A stretch of DNA of 63,990 nucleotides, the filler included, from a bacterium (GTDB lineage Bacteria > JBBIVP01): NCBI GenBank assembly GCA_037439705.1. It is 3 parts of 3 records of this genome, joined end to end, with 100 filler letters (N's around TTAATTAATTAA, not from the genome) between each part and the next. Parts side by side here need not be neighbours in the genome. Positions count along the whole stretch, not along the records: positions 1 to 26,246 come from JBBIVP010000007.1; 2 more parts are not named here. The stretch is one strand, 5' to 3'. Both the position numbers and the translations under genes were made by a program. Below the pieces are notes generated by a model that was not told the DNA's origin, ran no database searches, and saw only the letters and a program-made list of their open reading frames with translations. Below, one piece after another: positions 1 through 8,532 of this stretch (positions are counted from its first letter, which is position 1; every line of letters begins with the position of its first letter).

Positions 1-665
1 ATAGCTGTATGTTACAACTGGGGGTTGGTTAACATAAAAAAAGACCATTTTATTCTGAGGGTTCAAAGACATTCGCTTTTGAGATAGCAGAGCAATTAGG
101 ATGGCGAATTCCCGACCACATAGTTGTTCCAATGGCTGGAGGTTCTCTTATAACAAAAATATGGAAGGCATTTAAAGAGTTTGAGAAATTGGGGTTTGTG
201 GAAAATGTAAGAACAAAGGTTCATGGGGCTCAGGCTTCAGGATGTGCACCAATAGTGGAAGCAGTAAAGGAAGAGCTTGAACTCTTCAGACCGGTTCAAA
301 ATCCGAAAACAATCGCTAAATCACTGGCAATAGGGAATCCCGCAGATGGTTATTATGCTACAAAATCTATAAGGGAAAGCGGAGGATGGGCTGAGGATGC
401 TACAGATGAAGAAATTATTGAAGGTATAAAACTTCTTGCAGAAACAGAAGGCATTTTTACAGAGACAGCAGGGGGGGTTGTTGTGGCAGCCACTCTCAAG
501 CTTATCAAACAGGGTATAATAAAGAGCGACGAAACACTGGTAATTTCAATTACAGGGAATGGGTTGAAAACGCAAGAGGTCCTTGCCTCAAAACTTGTGG
601 AGTTTCCGGTTATAGAACCGAAAATATCAGAATTTGATGAACTTATGGAAAACTCCAAAAAATGA
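1..665 (+). CDS. Threonine synthase-like PLP enzyme, 5'-truncated by window edge; apparent frameshift in the A-run at ~36-42
   Basis: Frame of ORF 132..665 is open back to base 33 (RPFYSEGSKTFAFEIAEQLGWRIPDHIVVPMAGGSL); TIAKSLAIGNPADG, ETAGGV and ITGNGLK are ThrC-family motifs. Confidence 0.85.
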
Positions 666-1627
666 AGCAAGTTCCTTCAGAGGACATTTCCGAGAAGCCC
701 TTTTCAAAAATTGTCAAAAAGTATTGCGGAAACACCATTCTTAAACATATAGGTAATACACCGCTCATTCCTTTAAAAAAAATTTTTAAGAAAAAAAAAC
801 TTTCTATCTATGCAAAGATGGAAGGGCAGAATCCGGGTGGTTCAGTAAAGGATAGACCCGCTCTTTACATGCTCGTTGAGGCTATCCATTCTAAGAAACT
901 TACAAAGGATAAGATAATAATTGAAGCCACATCAGGGAATACCGGGATCGCCATAGCGATGATCGCATCGGTTCTTGGCTATAGAGTTCGGCTTTATCTT
1001 CCATCAAATGCCTCAGAGGAAAGAAAAAGAATCATGAGGGTTTACAATTCCGAGGTAATTCTTACCGATCCCCTTGAAGGGACAGATGGAGCCATAAGGG
1101 CTGTGGATGAGGTGCTTAAAGAGAATCCTGAAAAATTCTTTCGTCCAGACCAGTATAATAATCCTTACAATCCTCTTTCCCATTATGAAACCACGGCTAC
1201 CGAAATAATAAGGCAGACAAAGGGTAAGATTACACATCTTGTGGCAGGTATAGGAACAAGCGGAACACTTATGGGAACAGGGAAAAGATTGAAAGCCTTT
1301 AATCCTTCTATAAAAATTATAGCGGTTGAGCCAAACTGTCCCCTTCACGGTCTTGAAGGCTTGAAACATATGGCCACATCCATAGTTCCAGGAATTTATG
1401 ACCCTTCTTTTCCCGACACAACAATAAAGGTTGATACAGAAGAAGCATTTGAGATGGTTAAAAGGCTTGCGAGAGAAGAAGGGCTGTTTGTAGGTGCTTC
1501 ATCAGGAGCTGCTATGGTTGCCACGCTCAAGGTGGCGGAAGAGATAGATAGAGGGACTATCGTTGTTATCTTTCCTGATGGAGGAGACAAGTACCTTTCA
1601 ACGAGAATGTTTTCTGACATATTTTGA
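662..1627 (+). CDS. cysM: Cysteine synthase B / O-phosphoserine sulfhydrylase (CysM family)
   Basis: IGNTPL, NPGGSVKDR (PLP lysine), EATSGNTG, GIGTSGT, GASSGA, PDGGDKYLS. Confidence 0.9.
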   Translation: MKQVPSEDISEKPFSKIVKKYCGNTILKHIGNTPLIPLKKIFKKKKLSIYAKMEGQNPGGSVKDRPALYMLVEAIHSKKLTKDKIIIEATSGNTGIAIAMIASVLGYRVRLYLPSNASEERKRIMRVYNSEVILTDPLEGTDGAIRAVDEVLKENPEKFFRPDQYNNPYNPLSHYETTATEIIRQTKGKITHLVAGIGTSGTLMGTGKRLKAFNPSIKIIAVEPNCPLHGLEGLKHMATSIVPGIYDPSFPDTTIKVDTEEAFEMVKRLAREEGLFVGASSGAAMVATLKVAEEIDRGTIVVIFPDGGDKYLSTRMFSDIF

Positions 1628-2046
1628 AGATTTTTATAGAAAAAGAGGCTTTTGATAAAATGATAGAGCACTTGAAAAGCACTTATCCGGAAGAGGGGTG
1701 TGGATTTTTAATAGGAAAAGCTGGAAAGGTTTATTTAACATTACCAGTTTTAAACAAAGCAAAAGATGACAGAAGGAGAAACTATGAGATAGCCCCAGAA
1801 GATTTTCTGAAAGCGGAGAAATTTGCTGAGAAAAATACCCTTTCTTTACTTGGATTCTACCATTCCCATCCAGATGTGGGGTTGTATTTTTCAAAAAAGG
1901 ATGAGGAGGATGCCTGGGAGGGATATTATTATCTTGTCGTGGCGCTAAATAAAAATGGGAAATGGGAGTGCGGATGTTGGATTAAAAGAAAAAATATGGT
2001 AGAAAAAATAAAATTTGAAATAGAAGGAGGAAGAAATGACGGTTAA
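1624..2046 (+). CDS. JAB/MPN+ (Mec-like) metallopeptidase
   Basis: EEGCGFLIG...GFYHSHPD-x4-FSKKD is an intact JAMM motif; lies between cysM and the sulfur carrier. Confidence 0.9.
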   Translation: MKIFIEKEAFDKMIEHLKSTYPEEGCGFLIGKAGKVYLTLPVLNKAKDDRRRNYEIAPEDFLKAEKFAEKNTLSLLGFYHSHPDVGLYFSKKDEEDAWEGYYYLVVALNKNGKWECGCWIKRKNMVEKIKFEIEGGRNDG

Positions 2047-2554
2047 AATAAGGATACCTACTCCATTGAGGAGTTTGTGTGAAGGTAAGGAAATTGTGGA
2101 GGTGGAAGGAAAAAATTTGATGGACGCACTGAAAAACCTTAATGCAAAATATCCTGGATTCAAAGAGAGGCTTTTTGATACAAACGAGGAGCTGAGGAGG
2201 TTTGTGAACATCTTTGTAAATGAAGAGGACATTCGTTTTTTGAACGGATTGAATACATCCCTTAAAGATGGAGATGAGGTTTCCATTGTTCCTGCAATAG
2301 CAGGAGGTAAAAAAAAGGTTTTGAGATTGTATCTCACCTATCCACATCATTTAATAAAAGAACCCATAATTTATCAACTTGGAAAGAAGTTTAAAGTCGT
2401 TCCTAACATAAGAAGTGCTACGGTGAAGGGTGAGATAGGGCTTGTTGCACTTGAACTATCAGGTTCTGAGAAGGAACTTGAGAAGGCTTTGAAGTGGCTT
2501 GAGAAACTCAGGATAAAGATAGAACCAATTGAACAGGATATAGTTGAGGGGTAG
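2036..2554 (+). CDS. MoaD/ThiS/CysO ubiquitin-like sulfur carrier (to ...PAIAGG) fused to a C-terminal NIL domain
   Basis: VKIRIPTPLR...RFVNIFVNEEDIRFL...DGDEVSIVPAIAGG, then LYLTYP..LIKEPIIYQLGKKFKVVPNIRSA..GLVALELSG (NIL-like); SD GGAGG upstream. Confidence 0.85.
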   Translation: MTVKIRIPTPLRSLCEGKEIVEVEGKNLMDALKNLNAKYPGFKERLFDTNEELRRFVNIFVNEEDIRFLNGLNTSLKDGDEVSIVPAIAGGKKKVLRLYLTYPHHLIKEPIIYQLGKKFKVVPNIRSATVKGEIGLVALELSGSEKELEKALKWLEKLRIKIEPIEQDIVEG

Positions 2555-2555
2555 T

Positions 2556-3284
2556 GTGGAGCTTTCTTTATCAGAAAGGGAAAGATATTCAAGGCAGATT
2601 TTGATATTTGGTGAGGAGGGCCAGAAGAAACTGAAAAATGCGAGAGTGGTAGTAGCGGGTGTAGGCGGACTCGGTTGCCCAGCCGCTTTATATCTTGCTT
2701 CCCAGGGAGTTGGTAAAATCAGGATTATTGATAAGGATGTGGTTGAGGCTTCAAATCTGAACCGACAAACCCTTCACTGGACAAGAGACATAAAGAAGCC
2801 AAAGGTTGAATCAGCATCCGAAAAGTTGAAGGAAGTAAACAGAGATGTGGAGATAGAGAAGTTTCTTGTTGAAATAAATGAGAAAAATGTAAATGAACTT
2901 CTTGAGGGTTCAGATGCAGTAATAGATGCGATGGATAATTTTCCAACAAGGTTTATACTCAACGAAGCAGCGGTCAAATTAAGGATACCATTTTTTCATG
3001 GGTCAATTTATGGGCTTGAGGGAAGGGCAATGACTGTTATTCCAGGCAAAACTGCTTGTTTGAGATGCTTTTTTTCAGAATCTCCACCAAAAGAGGTTTT
3101 TCCTGTTCTTGGCTCCACTCCCGCATTGATTGCTATGATTCAGGTTACCGAGGTTATAAAATACCTTACAGGAGTGGGAAGGCTTTTAGAGAACAGGTAT
3201 CTCATATATGACGGAGAAAGTATGACCTTCAGGGAAATAAAAATAAGAAGGAATCCAGAATGTCCGGTATGCGGAAAGATATAA
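2556..3284 (+). CDS. ThiF/MoeB-family E1-like adenylyltransferase
   Basis: RYSRQI, GVGGLG, DVVEASNLNRQ, CLRC and CPVC zinc motifs; GTG at 2556 is the likely start (ORF track starts at 2544). Confidence 0.9.
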   Translation: MELSLSERERYSRQILIFGEEGQKKLKNARVVVAGVGGLGCPAALYLASQGVGKIRIIDKDVVEASNLNRQTLHWTRDIKKPKVESASEKLKEVNRDVEIEKFLVEINEKNVNELLEGSDAVIDAMDNFPTRFILNEAAVKLRIPFFHGSIYGLEGRAMTVIPGKTACLRCFFSESPPKEVFPVLGSTPALIAMIQVTEVIKYLTGVGRLLENRYLIYDGESMTFREIKIRRNPECPVCGKI

Positions 3285-4114
3285 AAAAATTTGATCCATC
3301 CATTCTCAGATATTCTAAGGAAGAAAGATATTTGAGATATTTACTTTCCATCCACGGTTTAAAGAAAGCGGTTAATCTTTTCATAAAAGTTTTTTCCTCT
3401 TTTTTTGAGGGTTTTCTTCTCGGTGAGTCTGTGAAGGCTACTGAAGAGAATTATCCTCACATTTATAAAATTGCGAAAAGATCAGCCTCAATTCTTAACC
3501 TTAAAAATCCTCCGCATATTTTTATTGCCCAGGAGCCACTTTTTATAGCCTACACAATCGGAACGAAAGAAAAGCATCAAATTGTTCTTTCCTCAGGCAT
3601 TGTGGAAAACTTTGACGAGAAGGAGATATCTTTTGTGATAGGGCACGAGATAGGTCATATTATTTTTGACCATCTGATTTTTCAGTCCATAATTGCATTT
3701 TATACAATTTTTATTTCAAGATTGCCATTTTTAAAATACGCACTTTTTCCATCCTTTCTTCCACTCCTGGCATGGTCAAGAAGTGCTGAGATATCAGCGG
3801 ACCGAGTTGGACTTTTCGTATGCAGGGATATAAGAGCATCAATAAATGCCATGATAAAACTTTCAGGAGGAAAGGGAATTCTTGAGCATGTAAAGGTTGA
3901 GGAATACATGAAACAATTTGAATTTCTTAAAAAATCTCCCGGAAGATTTTTAGAGATTTTTTCAACCCATCCCTTTCTTTCAAAAAGGGGAAAGGCAATT
4001 TTTGTTTTTTATAATTCTTCTTTTTATAAAAATGTTATTAGATTTAAAAAAATTACCCCCTCTTTTAAAGAGGGGGTAGAAAGGGAGGTAGGGAGGGTTA
4101 TGAGGGTGAGGTAG
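3260..4114 (+). CDS. M48-family zinc metallopeptidase
   Basis: GHEIGH (HExxH), WSRSAEISADR, STHP motifs. Confidence 0.85.
   Translation: MSGMRKDIKKFDPSILRYSKEERYLRYLLSIHGLKKAVNLFIKVFSSFFEGFLLGESVKATEENYPHIYKIAKRSASILNLKNPPHIFIAQEPLFIAYTIGTKEKHQIVLSSGIVENFDEKEISFVIGHEIGHIIFDHLIFQSIIAFYTIFISRLPFLKYALFPSFLPLLAWSRSAEISADRVGLFVCRDIRASINAMIKLSGGKGILEHVKVEEYMKQFEFLKKSPGRFLEIFSTHPFLSKRGKAIFVFYNSSFYKNVIRFKKITPSFKEGVEREVGRVMRVR
4046..4078 (-). terminator. Intrinsic terminator for the minus-strand micro-operon, embedded in the 3' end of the M48 gene
   Basis: Perfect inverted repeat TACCCCCTCTTT-T-AAAGAGGGGGTA (4054-4078), followed on the minus strand by a T7 tract (A-run 4046-4052). Confidence 0.7.
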
Positions 4115-4150
4115 TTACTTCTTTTTCTTTGCGGCTTTCTTCTTCGCCAT
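4115..4150 (-). CDS. 11-aa lysine-rich micropeptide MAKKKAAKKKK (not in ORF track)
   Basis: ATG at 4150, TAA at 4115-4117; SD GGAGG 5 nt upstream. Confidence 0.65.
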   Translation of the reverse strand: MAKKKAAKKKK

Positions 4151-4174
4151 TTTCTCCTCCATTATTTTTCTTTT

Positions 4175-4225
4175 TTATTTTTTCTTTTTTGTTGCTTTTT
4201 TCTTGGTTGCTCCGCACTTGGCCAT
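4175..4225 (-). CDS. 16-aa lysine-rich micropeptide MAKCGATKKKATKKKK (not in ORF track)
   Basis: ATG at 4225, TAA at 4175-4177; SD AGGAGGT 6 nt upstream. Confidence 0.7.
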   Translation of the reverse strand: MAKCGATKKKATKKKK

Positions 4226-4258
4226 TGCTATACCTCCTAAAATATATTTTCATTTTTA

Positions 4259-4286
4259 ATTATATATATTTTCAAACTTTTGTCAA
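4259..4286 (-). promoter_or_regulatory. Consensus sigma70 promoter for the micropeptide operon
   Basis: TTGACA (4286-4281)-N16-TATAAT (4264-4259) on the minus strand. Confidence 0.75.
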
Positions 4287-4389
4287 GTAAAATTTTACAT
4301 TTTTAAATTGTGAAAATTACCCACCAAAAATCGGTTTTCATTTAAAATTTTATTTGAAAATTTTCCTGTTTTTAATAAAAATTTTATTT

Positions 4390-4773
4390 ATGAACTTCTT
4401 GAAGTTTGGAGTATCTGAAAAGAAGGAAAAAGAACTTTTTGAAAAAATGGAAAAACTTGGAGTGAAAGAAGAAGACATAATTGAAAAGTTTATTCTATCA
4501 AGTGGGAAAGGCGGACAGAAGAGGAACAAAACTTCAACCTGCGTTTATCTGAAGCACATTCCTACAGGAATAGAGGTAAAATGTGAAAAGACAAGGTTTC
4601 AGGCTCTCAACAGATTCTTTGCGAGGAGGATTCTGCTTGAAAAAATAGAGCAAAAACTTCTCGGAAAGGAAAGTTCTTCGTTTAAAGAAAGAGAAAGAAA
4701 AATTAAACAGAAAAAGAAGAGAGAAAAGAGGGCAAAGAAAAAATATTCCCAAGAGGTGATTCCTTATGGCTGA
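4390..4773 (+). CDS. Stand-alone release-factor-domain protein (GGQ peptidyl-tRNA hydrolase, ArfB/C12orf65-like ribosome rescue factor)
   Basis: FILSSGKGGQKRNKTSTCVYLKHIPTGIEVKC..R.Q..NR, basic C-terminal tail, no codon-recognition domains; ATG 4390 preferred start. Confidence 0.85.
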   Translation: MNFLKFGVSEKKEKELFEKMEKLGVKEEDIIEKFILSSGKGGQKRNKTSTCVYLKHIPTGIEVKCEKTRFQALNRFFARRILLEKIEQKLLGKESSSFKERERKIKQKKKREKRAKKKYSQEVIPYG

Positions 4774-5884
4774 ATTTTTTGATTCTTTGAAAGTAGAGCT
4801 CAAAGAAAGGATCTACGAGATAATTGTTGGAAAAAAAATTCTTGAGGAAGCAGGTGGTTTTATAAAAAAATGCACAAAGGGAAATTCGGCATTCGTAATC
4901 ACATCAAAAACTGTCAAAAACCTTTATGGAAAAAAACTTTTAGATTTTCTTAAAAAAGATGGATTTGATACCGAAATTTTTTCGGTTGAGGATGGAGAAG
5001 GCGGTAAGGATATAAGTTATTACATTTCCATATTAAAATCCCTTTCAAAATTTGATGAGCCCATTGAAAGGGTTGTATTTATTGTGAATCTTGGAGGGGG
5101 CGTTGTTGGAGATATTGGAGGATTTGTTGCTGGAACCTACCGGAGGGGAATTCCATATGTTCAGATTCCAACCACCCTTCTTGCAATGGTTGACAGCGCA
5201 ATCGGCGGAAAGGGTGGAATTGATTTCTTAAGCGGAATGAAGAAAATAAAAAACAAAATCGGTGTAATCTACCAGCCTTCCCTTGTACTTTGTGACCTTG
5301 ATCTTCTTAAAACCCTTCCGAAAAGGGAGATGCTGAATGGGCTCAGCGAGGTGATAAAACATGGCGCTATAAGGTCTACCGAACTTTTTTCAATTATTGA
5401 AAAAAATTTTGAAAAAATTTTGAATCATGAAATGGATGTTCTTTCAAAGGTGGTTTCCCTTTCTATAAGAATAAAGGCTCAAATAGTATCAGGGGATGAG
5501 AGGGAAGCTCTGGGAGTGAGGACGCTTCTCAATTACGGACATACAATAGGACATGCTGTGGAGTCCGCTTCAAACATGAGATATCTTCACGGAGAAGCAG
5601 TGGCAATTGGAATGGTCTGTGCAAATGATATAGCGACCAAAATGGGCTGGATGGAGGTATCTGATGCAGAAAGGATAGAGGGACTTCTTAAAGAAGTTGG
5701 TTTACCCACTTACATAAGGGGCGTTAGTGCAGATTCAATAATGAGGCTTTTGAGACATGACAAGAAGTTTATGGGAAGACCGAGGATGGTTTTTGTAAGA
5801 AAACTTGGGGAGGCAGAGGTAGTGGATGGGGTACCCCTTGAGTTGATAGAGGATGTGATAAGAAAAAGGATAAAATCTAAATGA
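4766..5884 (+). CDS. aroB: 3-dehydroquinate synthase
   Basis: LGGGVVGDIGGF, QIPTTLLAMVDSAIGGK, LNYGHTIGHA, HGEAVAIG. Confidence 0.95.
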   Translation: MAEFFDSLKVELKERIYEIIVGKKILEEAGGFIKKCTKGNSAFVITSKTVKNLYGKKLLDFLKKDGFDTEIFSVEDGEGGKDISYYISILKSLSKFDEPIERVVFIVNLGGGVVGDIGGFVAGTYRRGIPYVQIPTTLLAMVDSAIGGKGGIDFLSGMKKIKNKIGVIYQPSLVLCDLDLLKTLPKREMLNGLSEVIKHGAIRSTELFSIIEKNFEKILNHEMDVLSKVVSLSIRIKAQIVSGDEREALGVRTLLNYGHTIGHAVESASNMRYLHGEAVAIGMVCANDIATKMGWMEVSDAERIEGLLKEVGLPTYIRGVSADSIMRLLRHDKKFMGRPRMVFVRKLGEAEVVDGVPLELIEDVIRKRIKSK

Positions 5885-6879
5885 ATGCATTTATTACAGG
5901 TGCAACTGGATTTATCGGTTCCCATCTTCTAAAGAGGATCGCAGATGAATACGAGAGAATATATTTGCTCACGAGGAGTTCCTCGGTATATGAGAACATA
6001 AAATGGGTTAAAGAAAGGGATAACATTACAATTGTAAAGGGAGACCTTCTTGAGACTTCTACCTTTGTTGATGTCCTTTCAAAATGTGAACACCTCTATC
6101 ATACAGCAGGGTTCGTGGGAACGAATAGCGCATACAGAGAGATTGTCTTTAAACTCAACTATGAAGCATCCATGAACCTTCTGAAGGCTGTTGAAATTAC
6201 AAAACCTTTAAAGGTAGTATACCTTGCTTCAATCTATGCCCTTGGAAAGGGCGAGAAGGATAAGCCGGCAGATGAATCTATAAAATTCAATCTTGAAAAG
6301 CTGGCGGAGAAAATTCCATACATAAGAGCCAAAAGGATGGCCGAGGGGTTTGCTTTTGAACTCGCTGAAAAAGGATTCCCCATTGTATTCGGATTTCCCT
6401 GTTACTGTCTGGGTCCCGGAGATATCTACCTTTCATCTTCAAGAATTGTCCTTGCCTCAATGAAAGGAATTTTGAGGTTCTATGTGGACGGTGGAATAAA
6501 TGTGGTTGATGTTAGGGATGTAGCGGAAGGGCTTTATCTGTGCATGAAAAACGGAAAAATTGGGGAGAAGTATCTTCTTGGCGGTTACAATCTTACTTTT
6601 AAACAGCTTTTTCTTGAACTTTCTAAATGGACAGGATGTGTGCCCTATTTTAAAATTCCAGGAACCGCTGTTAAACTGGCGGGATGGATTGGAGAGCTGA
6701 TTTTTGGTAAAAGCTCCATAATAGACTATGCTTCTGCAATGATTATGTGCGAGTACTGGTTCTATAACTCGGATAAGGCAAAGAAAGAACTTTTATGGAA
6801 AGTAAGACCGCTTTCAGAGACATTAAAGGATTCCGTGGAATGGTTCAGGACTAACAAAATTTATATAAGGAGGATTTAA
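5881..6879 (+). CDS. NAD-dependent epimerase/dehydratase (dihydroflavonol-reductase/HpnA-like extended SDR)
   Basis: TGATGFIG, YxxxK (YIRAK), GPGD, VVDVRDVAEG. Confidence 0.8.
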   Translation: MNAFITGATGFIGSHLLKRIADEYERIYLLTRSSSVYENIKWVKERDNITIVKGDLLETSTFVDVLSKCEHLYHTAGFVGTNSAYREIVFKLNYEASMNLLKAVEITKPLKVVYLASIYALGKGEKDKPADESIKFNLEKLAEKIPYIRAKRMAEGFAFELAEKGFPIVFGFPCYCLGPGDIYLSSSRIVLASMKGILRFYVDGGINVVDVRDVAEGLYLCMKNGKIGEKYLLGGYNLTFKQLFLELSKWTGCVPYFKIPGTAVKLAGWIGELIFGKSSIIDYASAMIMCEYWFYNSDKAKKELLWKVRPLSETLKDSVEWFRTNKIYIRRI

Positions 6880-6880
6880 A

Positions 6881-7816
6881 ATGGCAAAAAGGGTGATTGT
6901 GACCGGTGGTGCCGGATTTATTGGTTCCCATGTGGTTGATCTGTACATTGAGGAGGGATGGAATGTGCTCGTGATAGACAATTTGTCAACTGGAAGAATT
7001 GAAAATGTAAACAAAAAGGCTGATTTTTTAAAAATGGACATAAGGGACGAAAAACTTCCGGAAGTAATAAAGAAATTCTCTCCCAGTGTAGTGAACCATC
7101 ACGCAGCACAGATAAATCTGAGAAAATCAGTGGATGAACCAATTTATGACGCTGAGGTAAACATAGTGGGAACAGTTAAGGTTCTTGAAGGAATGAGGGG
7201 TGCTGGAGTGAATCACATAATATTTGCTTCAACAGGGGGAGCCATTTACGGAGAGACCGAGATGATACCCACTCCTGAAACTGCTGTTCCTTCACCTTTA
7301 AGCCCTTATGGGATTGCAAAAAGAGCCTGCGAACTTTATATAAATTATTATTCAACGGTATGGGGATTTCGTTCCACCATTCTCAGGTACGGAAATGTTT
7401 ATGGACCAAGACAGGACCCATACGGAGAGGCAGGGGTTGTAGCCATCTTCATCTCAAAAATTTTAAACGGGGAAACCCCTGTAATATTCGGGGATGGAAA
7501 CCAGACAAGGGATTATGTTTTTGTCAAAGATGTGGGATACTTTAACATGATGGTATCGGAGAAGGAACTCTGCGGCATTTACAATGTGGGAACAGGAAAT
7601 GGGACCTCTGTGAATGAACTTTTTTCTTTTATCAGAACACTTATGAATGCAGATGTTGCGCCTGTTTACGACTCTCCCCGTCCGGGAGAACTGAGAAGGA
7701 GCTGTCTTGCAATTGATAAAATAAAAAGCACTGGATGGACTTTTATTCCACTTGAGGAAGGCTTGAAAAAGACCATAGAATGGTTCAGAACTGAACACAG
7801 AAGGAAGAGACAATAA
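6881..7816 (+). CDS. UDP-glucose 4-epimerase-like extended SDR
   Basis: TGGAGFIGSH, DNLSTG, ASTGGAIYG, SPYGIAK, RYGNVYGPRQ. Confidence 0.85.
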   Translation: MAKRVIVTGGAGFIGSHVVDLYIEEGWNVLVIDNLSTGRIENVNKKADFLKMDIRDEKLPEVIKKFSPSVVNHHAAQINLRKSVDEPIYDAEVNIVGTVKVLEGMRGAGVNHIIFASTGGAIYGETEMIPTPETAVPSPLSPYGIAKRACELYINYYSTVWGFRSTILRYGNVYGPRQDPYGEAGVVAIFISKILNGETPVIFGDGNQTRDYVFVKDVGYFNMMVSEKELCGIYNVGTGNGTSVNELFSFIRTLMNADVAPVYDSPRPGELRRSCLAIDKIKSTGWTFIPLEEGLKKTIEWFRTEHRRKRQ

Positions 7817-7841
7817 TTTTTCTTGAATTTTTAAATCAAAA

Positions 7842-7858
7842 GAAATAATGATTATTTC
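7842..7858. promoter_or_regulatory. Palindromic operator directly upstream of the TetR gene
   Basis: Perfect inverted repeat GAAATAAT-G-ATTATTTC abutting the ATG at 7859. Confidence 0.6.
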
Positions 7859-8461
7859 ATGAAAGAAATTGCCGAGAAAAAAATCAACAAATACGAAAAA
7901 ATCCTTGATTCCGCAATGAGGGTGTTTGCTGAGAAGGGATTTCACAGGGCGAGGATTTCGGATGTGGCTAAACTGGCAGGTGTTGCAGATGGAACTGTGT
8001 ATCTCTACTTTAAGAACAAGGATGACCTTTTAATAAAGACCTTTGAGTTTATTATGGATGAGGTGAATTCTGTTATAAGAAAAATATATGAAAATGAGCT
8101 ATCTCACGAGGAGAGGATAAAAGCACTTGTGAATGCCCATTATGAGCTTGCCTGCAAGTATCCTCATGCAGCAGAACTTATAACATTTGAATTGAGGCAG
8201 AGCCAAAAGTTCATGAAGGAATACGAGAACAAGAAGTTCAAGGAGTATTTGAGGTTAATAGCGCTCATAATAAAGGAAGGACAGGATGCTGGTGTTTTTT
8301 CAAAAGAGCTTTCTTCCTATGTGGTAAGCAGGGCTATTTTTGGGATACTGAACGAAACCATGCTTCAATGGGTCGCATCAAAGGGGAAGTATCAGATTGA
8401 AGAGATATCAGATACAGTTCTGAAAATTGTTTTAAACGGAATAAAAGAGTTCAAAAGGTAA
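7859..8461 (+). CDS. TetR-family regulator, FadR/YsiA (fatty-acid metabolism) type
   Basis: ILDSAMRVFAEKGF..ARISDVAKLAGVADGTVYLYFKNKDDL HTH; ELRQS motif; upstream of etfBA. Confidence 0.85.
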   Translation: MKEIAEKKINKYEKILDSAMRVFAEKGFHRARISDVAKLAGVADGTVYLYFKNKDDLLIKTFEFIMDEVNSVIRKIYENELSHEERIKALVNAHYELACKYPHAAELITFELRQSQKFMKEYENKKFKEYLRLIALIIKEGQDAGVFSKELSSYVVSRAIFGILNETMLQWVASKGKYQIEEISDTVLKIVLNGIKEFKR

Positions 8462-8532
8462 TTCTTCAATTTTCTTGAATTCAAATCTGATGTTTATATC
8501 ATAAAGGGTGAAAAATTTTAGGAGGTATTAAA

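Noticed and set aside
30-45. Frameshift in the thrC-like gene
   Set aside because: A-run at the low-quality sequence edge
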